Source: a virus
Lineage: Duplodnaviria > Caudoviricetes
IMG/VR virus record: IMGVR_UViG_3300021378_000034
Location: 1 to 52,387 of that record
Length of the DNA: 52,387 nucleotides
Reading direction: 5' to 3' (one strand)
Within the stretch, counting starts at the first letter, position 1. Each line of letters opens with the position of its first letter. The notes under the pieces were generated by a model that searched no databases, had not been told where the DNA came from, and was given only the letters and a program-made list of their open reading frames with translations. Made by a program: the position numbers and the translations under genes. Positions 19,501 to 28,900 of this stretch are shown one piece after another.

Positions 19501-21068
19501 ATCCTAGTGGTAGGGGCTACACCTATGCTACTGTTTATGATTTTGACGCCGGAAAAAGCATTAATATAATTAATCCGCCAATATTTGAGGTAGAGCCTAA
19601 AGATGACGTAGACATTGATTTATATTATGAAACTCAAGAAATATTTGACGCTTCTAATTACGGCAATGCCAATACTTTAGAATATCATAACTGCTATAGT
19701 TTTAAAAACGGGGTTGAATCTTTTGTAATAAGAGACGATTACAATTCGCCCGCACTTGGCAAAGGCGTTCGCGTTTCTACTGTATTTGAAGACAACTATC
19801 AAGAGGAAAATGTTAAAAACGGCTTAATATATTCTCAAATATATAATGGAAAAACATCTATAAACAGATTAAATCAGTTTATAATAGCAGATAAAATAAC
19901 TAAAGACTTAAATCCTGAATATGGCAGCATACAAAAGTTATACGGCAGGGACACTGATTTATTAGCTTTTTGCGAGGATAAAATTATTAAAATTTTAGCT
20001 AATAAAGACGCTATATTCAATGCAGATGGCAATCCTCAATTAATTGCAAGCAATAGAGTACTCGGTCAAGCTATTATACCAGCTACATTTGGCTCATACG
20101 GCATCTCTAAGAACCCTGAAAGTTTTGTAGAGTTTACTTATAGATCTTACTTTGTAGATAAGGCTAGAGGCTGTGTATTGAGACTATCAGCAGACGGTAT
20201 AACTGAAGTTTCAAACTACGGAATGAAAGATTACTTTAGAGATAATCTTTCTGCACAAACCGGAGATATACATGGTACTTATGATTCTACAAAAAGTCAA
20301 TATAATTTAAGTTTGCCCACATCTGTGAACGCAACACTTTCGTTTTCAGAAAGTATAAACGGATGGGTAAGCAGAAAAAGCTTTATACCAGAAGGTGGTT
20401 TAAGTTTAAATAATAAGTATTATACTTTTAATCAAGGGCATTTATATGAGCATCATAACGGTGCTACAAATACTTTTTATGGAACTAAAACTGATTCGGA
20501 AGTTACTTTCTTATTAAACGAAGCACCTGCTAATGTTAAAAACTTTAGAACATTAAATTACGAAGGAGATGCAGGCTGGTATTGTGATTCTATAATAACA
20601 AACAAACAAGATGGTCAAATATCAACGTTTATTGAAAAAGAAGGCAAATACTTTAATTACATATCGGGTATTGAAGAAAACGAAAATACTATAGATACAA
20701 AAGCCTTTAACGTACAAGGGATAGGTTATTTAACTTCACAAACACTATCTGGTTCTAACAGAATACTTAGTTTTAATTTTGAATTAAATAAAGAAATACA
20801 ATTAAACGACAAGCTTTACTATGTAGATTCCTCCAGTGTGAAACAAGATTTAGGCAGTATAACCGCAATAGATAAAATAAATAAAACAGTAACAGTAGTA
20901 AATGGGAATGGTGTTCCACAAAGTAACGCGTACATGTTCTTCGCTAAAAATGCTAAATTTAATACTTCTGGCGTTTTAGGTTATTATGCTACCGTAAAAA
21001 TGAAAAACAATTCAACTACACCAAAAGAGCTTTACTCTGTTGGTTCTGAAATTAGTATAAGTAGTTAA
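16554..21068 (+). CDS. Tail nozzle / stabilisation protein (P22 gp10-like)
   Basis: 1504-aa beta-rich protein starting GKMNKDLDERLVPNGEYRDALN, with a propeller-like YGISKNPES...YFVD region. Confidence 0.75.
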   Translation: MPEIKNAFLKGKMNKDLDERLVPNGEYRDALNVDVDYSSNSDVGALKNIKGNAIIDSINLDSAVCIGSVADTENNRIYWLITSASKDIIAEYNQASGSVSAVIVDTGSVLNFNSSNLITGINILDGTLYFTDDLNEPKQIDVAYWKTQTTDFNTGTTGLSEERITVIKKSPLQAPALIMSSSTKGGAGTIGGNAITINLDLSKTSSGAILEDSRDSGFLISGTFSAAPNYAAGEIIVLKHDFTETASGNIIKIEARILLPDNYTSSATTFSNAEILTISETVPGSTVQFTALLEEDDPLFELKFPLFSYRYKYTNGQYSCLAPFSKAAFLPDPTKLGDNFEYDSKNGYNLAMTNNVRSLTVANLNHNISSDVTEIDVLYKDSVSANVYIVETLKGGSLPTTFEIKNEQIFKTVEANQLLRLFDSVPKKAKSQEISANRIIYANYTHQFNLPTANPIFNIKIKNRYNSSNTQLLSLKSNRTYQIGVVYMDAYGRQTPVLTDKSGIVNVPFSQAKNNTQFEIKLTGSLPSGFTNYKYFVKEISSTTYNLCVDSFYQDDEGAVYISFPSSEINKVKEDDILLLKKKAGNNISEDETKFKVLDKLTTVPKFLAYPLRPVYTPTYFHFGRQFDLDSPGFNLAPTTQAEKDLYNGQTSLSNTYVGGRAWFMEPGATPVSNHNTVIIRSMHNIGDTQIGNADATYGNNETGVSSQAMDQIIPGKKLRFTAGDAKTKVYTVETVQSGTSGHDDVEVTFEEEFGDDVLVLYDNSEYASDPLYDPSIKTGVSIETVDFKDESGKAEFDGKFFIKLQAQNNLLNELVDTTNTDNLHAIGTISFDGKDDGGGANHHRQLHTRYGGKAGYDSSTTSGQALSPFLGGWNDTFNTFSPQPVLSEGYHFALESEKEWQHGLSNYGTIPFIEGLKEGNYIRFSGYNRLNSSVGRWFDPKYYKIEKIFKSNWTGSQAAKLFFIKLTEPLDYDITFKSESSDPSGRGYTYATVYDFDAGKSINIINPPIFEVEPKDDVDIDLYYETQEIFDASNYGNANTLEYHNCYSFKNGVESFVIRDDYNSPALGKGVRVSTVFEDNYQEENVKNGLIYSQIYNGKTSINRLNQFIIADKITKDLNPEYGSIQKLYGRDTDLLAFCEDKIIKILANKDAIFNADGNPQLIASNRVLGQAIIPATFGSYGISKNPESFVEFTYRSYFVDKARGCVLRLSADGITEVSNYGMKDYFRDNLSAQTGDIHGTYDSTKSQYNLSLPTSVNATLSFSESINGWVSRKSFIPEGGLSLNNKYYTFNQGHLYEHHNGATNTFYGTKTDSEVTFLLNEAPANVKNFRTLNYEGDAGWYCDSIITNKQDGQISTFIEKEGKYFNYISGIEENENTIDTKAFNVQGIGYLTSQTLSGSNRILSFNFELNKEIQLNDKLYYVDSSSVKQDLGSITAIDKINKTVTVVNGNGVPQSNAYMFFAKNAKFNTSGVLGYYATVKMKNNSTTPKELYSVGSEISISS

Positions 21069-21102
21069 CGTGTAATTATAAATATAACAAAAACAATATA
21101 AT

Positions 21103-21762
21103 ATGGATCCAACATTAGCAGCAGCAGCAGTAAAAGGCGCTGGCCAAGCGGTCGGCGGGGCGGTTAAAGCCATAGGCTCATTATTTGGCGGAGGTGCAAG
21201 AAGAAGAGAACAAAGAAGAGCGAAAGCAGAGCTCGGCCAAATGAAAGAAAAATACAACCAATTAGATACTTCAAATCCTTATGCTAACATAACAAACCCT
21301 TACCAAAATTTAACGGTAAATACTCAAGCTGCTGATTTTGCAGCACAACAAACTTCGCAAAATTCAGCTAATATAATGAGTGGTTTAGCTGCTGCCGCTG
21401 GGGGTAGCGGAATTGCTGCATTAGCGCAATCAATGGCAAACAGTCAAGCACAACAAACACAACAAGCATCTGCTAGTATTGCTCAGCAAGAATCTAAAAA
21501 TCAGATCATGGCTGCTCAAGGTGAAAATCAAAGACAAATAGCTGTGGCAAAAGGCGAAGAGAAATCAAGACAAATGGAAGCTGACAAAGTAAGTACGCAG
21601 TTGGGTATGGCACAATCAAGATTAACTGCTGCAAACGAAGCTAGAGCCGCTGCAAAATCTGATTTAGTTGGTGGGCTTGGCGAAATGGCTGGTGGCGGTG
21701 CAGCCGCTTATTCAGCCACGGATAGTGGTCAATCTATGCTTAAAAACCTGATTCCCGAGTAA
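21103..21762 (+). CDS. Internal virion (ejection) protein
   Basis: A/G/Q-rich with glycine-zipper-like hydrophobic ends; follows the tail genes. Confidence 0.65.
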   Translation: MDPTLAAAAVKGAGQAVGGAVKAIGSLFGGGARRREQRRAKAELGQMKEKYNQLDTSNPYANITNPYQNLTVNTQAADFAAQQTSQNSANIMSGLAAAAGGSGIAALAQSMANSQAQQTQQASASIAQQESKNQIMAAQGENQRQIAVAKGEEKSRQMEADKVSTQLGMAQSRLTAANEARAAAKSDLVGGLGEMAGGGAAAYSATDSGQSMLKNLIPE

Positions 21763-21776
21763 ACAACATTAGTAAT

Positions 21777-22946
21777 ATGGCAACAAAAAAATCACAATCA
21801 CAATCAATAAACGCTCAATTAATAAAAGGAGCATATACATCAGCCAGGTCTGGAGGTTATCAAAAGTCAAATTTTAATTTAGATTTTAGTGGTATTGAAA
21901 AAGCTTTAAATGCACGGGCGGCAATAGTTGAGCAGCAAAAAGCAAAAATGGAAGAAGCATTAGACTTTCATCCAGCCCTTGGTAAAGTTGGTAAACAAGA
22001 TCAGGGTCCTTTGTTAAACTATTTTGGTGATGTTAAAAATCAAATTGCTGATAAAACTAGTCAAATGGAAGGTGCTGACCAAGAAACTAGAATTAAACTG
22101 CAAGGTGAAATAGCTAGATTAAAACAAACAGCAGTTACAGCAAATGAAACATTAACACAACGCGCTCAAATTTCTGAGGATTTTGCAAACAGCATTCCAG
22201 ATATAAGCGCTTCGATGGATCCTTACAGAATGGAGCAACTTAATAAGTTGCATGTTGAGAAAGATTACACCCCTATAATACAAGATGGAGAAATAGCTTA
22301 CCAATTACCAGACGGAAGTGTGTTAACAAATAAAGAGGCTAATGATTTTAAATTAAAAGCTTACGATCAGCAAAAAGCTATTACTGAATTATCTGAAAAT
22401 TTTTTTAAAGATGGTTTTCAAAATAAACCGCTGGGTCCAGATACATTAAATGCAACAACTCAAAGTTTAATGAAAAGCCTAGACAAAGATGCAATAGAAT
22501 CTTTAAAAACTGACAAATTACTTGGAGATCAAGATTTAATTATTGATGAAAAAGAGGAAATTGATGCTATTAATTTGAAATATGGCACAAGTTATAAGGT
22601 GGGAGACGAATTACCAGAAGAGCATGAGAAATACGGGGTTGCAAATAATATAGTTGGACATTTAAAAAATGTTCACGCAAAAGGTATGAGTGACTATCAA
22701 GCTCAGCAAAATCCAAATACTACGGGAAGTATACCTATAGACGGCACCCTTCCTTATATTGATACCAGAAATATGGGAGCTTACATATGGTACGAAGAAT
22801 TTGGAGCTTATGGGCCGGGTATAAAAAATCCAGCGGGAGGATTCCCTTTGAAAGATGAAAGTTTAAAGAAAGATGATAAATCATTAGTTAAAGATGCTCA
22901 AGCATTAAATAGCATGGCAGTTGGGACATCTGCGCCATTCAAATAA
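21777..22946 (+). CDS. Probable internal virion (ejection) protein
   Basis: Helical 389-aa protein between two probable ejection genes. Confidence 0.55.
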   Translation: MATKKSQSQSINAQLIKGAYTSARSGGYQKSNFNLDFSGIEKALNARAAIVEQQKAKMEEALDFHPALGKVGKQDQGPLLNYFGDVKNQIADKTSQMEGADQETRIKLQGEIARLKQTAVTANETLTQRAQISEDFANSIPDISASMDPYRMEQLNKLHVEKDYTPIIQDGEIAYQLPDGSVLTNKEANDFKLKAYDQQKAITELSENFFKDGFQNKPLGPDTLNATTQSLMKSLDKDAIESLKTDKLLGDQDLIIDEKEEIDAINLKYGTSYKVGDELPEEHEKYGVANNIVGHLKNVHAKGMSDYQAQQNPNTTGSIPIDGTLPYIDTRNMGAYIWYEEFGAYGPGIKNPAGGFPLKDESLKKDDKSLVKDAQALNSMAVGTSAPFK

Positions 22947-22952
22947 AATTTT

Positions 22953-25900
22953 ATGACTGATCCAAAATTAAAAGATCAATTACTGGAATTACAAAACCAA
23001 GTGGGTGCGCTAAACCCTATCGATAATTCTCAAGAAGCTATATTGCTCAGAAGACAATTAAAGAAAGTTGAAGCGCAAATTTTAGCATCGGAAACAACTG
23101 AAACTCAAGAATTAGAAGAGGTGGTGGTTACTGGTGAAGCGTCTAAGCAAGTTAAAAAAGCTTTAAAAGGCGCAGAAGACTTTAAGGCTATACCTGAAAA
23201 TACAACTGCAGAATCTGAAAAAACTAATATTGCTTTAAAAGAATTTAACTTAAAAAATATAGGGGGTTCACTGCAGCCACAGCTAAGCTACACGGATGCT
23301 GAAGGTAAGATTAAAGAAGGAAGGGAGCAATACTTTCCTGTAAAAAAAGATGCTCAGGGGAATGAATTAAGCTGGAGAGGCAAACCGATGAGAAGCGGCA
23401 AAGCTGAATTCAAAAACGATTATGATACAGATTTAAAACTTGCTTTTGGAAGTGAAGAAAAAGCAAATAGATGGAAAGGAATGGTTGCTGCCGCTAAAGC
23501 TGACGGCGTAACTTTAAATGAAGATAATATTGATGCTTATTTTGATTTAACTAAAGTTTCTGAAGAAACAAAAAATCAAGTTGTTTCAGAAGCTAAAAGA
23601 AAAAAGTCTGAAGTATTTTTAAGAGACTTTGATCCTAAGCAAAGAAATATAATAAAAAGAGAAACGCTACAGGGTAGAAATTTAAAATCAGAAGAAAAAG
23701 ATTTAACTAATCAGTACAATGTTTTTAAAAAAGACTACAACGTTTTTACAGAAACAAAAAACGTATTAGATAGCGACATTAAAAATTACAATAAAGAAAG
23801 AGAGCTACTTGAAAATAAAATTAAAAACTTTTCAATAAGCGACAACCCTACCGTAAAAGAAATCCAAACCAGAGCAGCTTTAAATCAAGAAATTAAAGAT
23901 TTTGAATCAAAAGATATATATAGCGAATTAAATAAAAGATGGGAAAATCTTAATGGTCAAAGAGCGGCTATTAATGAAAGACTTCAATTGTTAAACGATA
24001 AATCTACCGAACTCGGAGATTTAAATACTATGTCTACTGCTCTATCCAAATCTTATGAACTAGGCGATAGGTTTGGTTTAGCTATGGAAGAAGCTTTTTT
24101 AGGTGCGCCCGCTATGTTAGGTGGCTCTATACTAAAAGGTGTAGGAGATATAGGATTATTTTTTACAATGAAAGAAGGTTATTCTAAGGAAGCTTTTCAA
24201 GAGCATGCTACTAACACTAAATGGTATAGGGATTTAATAGGTGCAAAAACAGCGGCTGTAGATTACAACCAAAGGTTAGGAAATATAAGAAAAAATACAT
24301 TGCCTGAAAGATTAAAAACAGGTGAAGGAAAAGGAAGTGATTATTGGGGTGAAATGCTAATGGATAATTCGCCTTCTATTTTAACAGCCTTTGGAACTAT
24401 GGGTTATACTGGTTTAGCAACAGCTGGAGCTTCTGGAATAGCTAGGGCTACAGCAGTAAAGCAAGCAACCAACTTAGCAACGGGCGCTTTTTTTACTATG
24501 GAAGCTGGTGGGCAAATGTCTGCTTTAGAAATTGCACAAAGAGACGCTCCTAAAATTATAGCTAGCTTAGAAAATGAACTTAAGACAGCGAAAGGATCAA
24601 CACAAAAGAATGAAATTTTAAAACAAATAGAAGATCAAAAAAACTTGAAGAATCTTTCTCAATGGCAAAAATCCTTAAACAGTGTAGCTTACGGAGGTAT
24701 AGCATCGCTTGCAGAAAGATTTGGTACATTAAAATTTGTTAATGACTTTAATAAATATTCTAAAGCCATAGGAAGAACAAAGTTTGAAAGATTTGTTAGT
24801 CCTTCTGTAGCAAGAGTTGTTAGCAAAGGGCTTGGTGCTACAAAGGGTGTAGGGATTGGTGCTGGTATTGAGCTTATAGAAGAGGGCCCAATAACTCAGG
24901 TTGGACATAATTTTAGCGATATAGTTTTACTTAACCAAAACAAAAGCTTAATAGAAGGTATTGACAAAGAATTTGTTAAAAGCACTCTAGCTACATCTTT
25001 AGCAATTTCAGGGCCTAGCTTTAGTCAAAATTTATACTCGGCATTTGCAAATGAAGTTAAACTAAGAAGCGAAGCAAAAGAAGAGGGTAGGTTTAGAGAT
25101 GAACTTTTGTCAGTTGAAAAAGCTATGCAAGGCCTTGATAAAAGAACAAAACCTTACAAAGATCTTTGGAATAAGAAACAGCAAATAATAGCTGGAGCCG
25201 CCGCTTTGAATACTGATATAGTGTTAAAAGTAGAAAGAATGGAGGCTAAAGATATTGAAACTGTTTTTAACAATGGCGCAAGAATAAGAGAATTAATAGC
25301 TGAGGGGAAAGAATTAGGGGGTGATTTAAATATAGATGACTATACTAAATCTAGATCTGAGGACATTCAAAAAGAAGCCCAAACTTTATTTGATGCTAAT
25401 CAAAAAATACTAAACAAAGAGCAAGACGCTTTTGAAAAAATGTTTAAAGATGCTCCCAATAAAGTTGAATCTATAATAAACAAAACTAGATTTGAAAATG
25501 CTAAATCTTTAGTTAGGAACATGAAAGGCATTGATTTAATTGAAATAAATGATCCACAAAATCTAGAGGCTTTTATTAAAGAAAGTAATTTTTCGCCAAA
25601 ACAAGAAAAAAATGTAAAAGATGCTTTTAATAACGCTTCTGCTATAAATATTAATAACAAAGTTGTTGTGTTTAATACTAACGCCGATTTAGTTTTTCAA
25701 GCAGTGTCCGGGGTTGAGGCTAAAATAGCCTCTGTTTCAGTGCTTCATGAGGTTGGACATATACAAACTAGAAAAGCTGGTATTATTAAAGATAACAAAT
25801 TGGCTAAAGAAGGATCTAAGTTAGTTGAAAATATCATGTCTGACGTTAAAAATCGTTTAGCCGCTGGTAAACTATCTAAAGAAAATTATAAAATTTTTGA

Positions 25901-28900
25901 AGATAGAATGCAGCGATATAAAGAATTAAACGATGGGGAAGTCGATGCAGATGAATTGTTGCAATTAGTTGGAGATTTTCAATTTTTAAATATATTGCCA
26001 AGAAGTTCTTTTGCTGAAATACATAATGCAAAAACATTTATTAATTTATTATTAAAAAAATTTAATGGGGATAATGCATCTTTCTTTGGCGTTGAAACAG
26101 CCAGTGATGCTTATAACTTTGTAACCAGTTGGCAACAAAAAGCTATCGCACAAGAAACTACAGGTGCAGAAGAAGATGAAGAAATAAAAACTGTAAAATC
26201 TTCTATATCTTTATCTGAAGTAGACAGAAAAAGAAATATGGCCGCTCTTAATGAAATAAAAACAACTGAAGAGTTTTTATCAAGAAAAGGACAAAACACT
26301 GTTGCGGAAGGCCTTATGGGTATGGCAGCAGTCCAGGCTAATAAATTGACAGCGGATCAAGACACTAGAGAAGAATTAGCATCCGATATTGTTGCAAGAA
26401 CATTACAAGATATTTCTAAAAATGTTTATAAACCACAAAACGATCAAAGTAAATTATCGGGCTTTTTAAATCAAAGGGTTGGATTTGCATTGCAAAAAAT
26501 ACAAGTTGCAGACTACAAATTACCACCAGATCAAAGAAAGTATTTTGCAAAAACTACAGCGGCTCAGATAGAAGATTTTAAAACAACACTTAAAGATGAG
26601 GGCACACCTAGTGTTCAACCAAAGGTTGTTGAGTTTAAAAAAATAAAAGATAGCAAAATCTTTTCGCCAAGTGTTGTAACTAGTATTGAGAATAAATTAA
26701 TTCAAACAGTAAAAGTATTAAAGTCTAAATTTGATAGTAAAACAACTATAAATAAAAGTGTTAAACCTGTTATATCTGAAATTAAAAAAGAAATGGGTAA
26801 ACAAGCAGATATTGATATAAAGCAAGCATCTGGCACAATGGCTACGGGTCTTAAGAAAAACTTTTTAAAATCTAAAAAAGCTACGCTAGAAAACGCGCCT
26901 ACTACTTGGCTTGCCACGTCAATGCCCTTTGCAATTCAAAAATCTGTGGGTGGTGTGTTTACAGATCAAAACATAAAAGACCCAACAACCGGAAAAATTA
27001 TTGGAAAAGTATTTAAACCAAATTATGTTAGTAATTGGCAAGGTAAAAAAATTGATAGAGTTAAAACATCTACTGATGCGGCTGGCAATACTTCTGGAAA
27101 TCAATTTATAAGAAGAATGCCCAACGTAAATGAAAAAGTATCTAATGAGCAATTTATGTCTTATTTGCTTCCTGATGGTAAAAAACTAAAAGCTGGCCGA
27201 AAAGAATCTTGGTCTAAAATGATGGGCGAAGAAATTGCTTTTGAAATATTTGATGAAAAATTAAACGACCCAAATAGTGAATTGACGAAAGCGTTTGAAA
27301 AAAATCAAAAAGCATTGAGTGTTACTTTAGCGGATAATTATGTGGAGGTAATTCAAAAAGATATTGAAAGAGGCACGGTTAAAAGATCTATTGGGCCAAA
27401 ATTTATAGAGGGAACAAAGTATTTATTTAAGCAAGCACAAAAACACGGGGTTGAAGAAATTATAGATAGTAAGGGTAATTCTTTAATAGACTATCCCGAT
27501 GGTCGAGCTATAGATAAAGAAGCTGCCCAATATGTTAGGCAAGTTTTTGATAAAGGTTTAATACAGGATTTTAAAATATTAGCTTTTTTACAATCAATAA
27601 AATTTTCATCAAAAATTCCAAACAACATTAAAAATAAAGTTACAGGTGCATTAACTAAAAAAAGTGACAAAAATTTATTAGATGATTTTGCAAAAGATAT
27701 GCGCACCGTTGCTAACTTATTGGGTTCTGATGTTACCGATGTAATTAATTTTGATGGACTTGGATTTTTTAATAGATTATTAGACTCTGCCGAAACAAAA
27801 AAAGATGAAAAAGGAAATATAATACCGGGGGCTAAGGGTGATTATTTTGATTTTCTTAATAAAACTAAAAAAAATCAACCAAAAAGTTTAGACTTGCCAA
27901 GCAATTTAGATTTATCACTTGTAAGCCCCATAAATTCTAAGTTTGGTATAATGGCAAAAGTTGCTAGAATTTTAGAATCAAACACTAAGGCTGAAGAAAA
28001 ATTAAAAAAATACGAAAAATTAATTGGTGAAATTGACGCTGCTAATTTACATAATAAAATATTAGCGAAGCATATAATAAGTAAACTTGTTGATGCTGTT
28101 AAAACAAAAAAAATAAAGCCGGAGTCTTTGATATACATGTTACAGGCACAGACTAACGCCACTAAAGGACTGCGATCTCTCACTGGTTTTAAATATATAA
28201 CATTTAAAGATGGCCCGCAAGGTAATCAAAAAGGCGAACATTTAGCTGACAACGCTGGAACTATGTTTGAAATAGCCGAGCTTGCTTTTGTAGAAAGTAA
28301 TGAAGCAAAAACAAGTAATGCAATAGATGATATTCTTGAATTTCACGATCAATGGTTAGAGAATAGAGATTTATTAGATGTAATAGATATTTTTGGTAAA
28401 AACAATCCTTTTAAAGATTTAAGAATGATGCTCTTAACAGAAAATCAACTTAGAGATGTTTATACTCACGACGGAAAACTTGCTATTGAATTAATTGCCG
28501 AAAGAGAAGAGGCTATTAAGATTAAAGTTAGAGCACAAAAAAAATTAGCTGCTAAGCCTAAAAAAGAATCAGTTGTAAAATCTTCTATTGCGCCTGATTT
28601 AAGTAAAGGTTTAAATGAAATGATAGCTAGACAAAAGGGTGTTAAACCAGAAGCTGTATATTCTAAGGTTGTAGCAAGAAAAAAAGGCGTTAACAAGGGC
28701 AGATATAAATTCTTTTTACCTTCTACCGCTGAGGATTTTAGAGGATTAACACAATACACTTTTGCTGGTAAAGGAAAGCAAGGAGAAGCTGATCAAAAGT
28801 TTTTTGAAGATAATTTAGTTAAGCCTTATTTAAAAGGTATATCAGCTATGGAATCTCAAAGGCAAGCTTTAAAAAATGATTACAGGGGTTTACTTAAATC

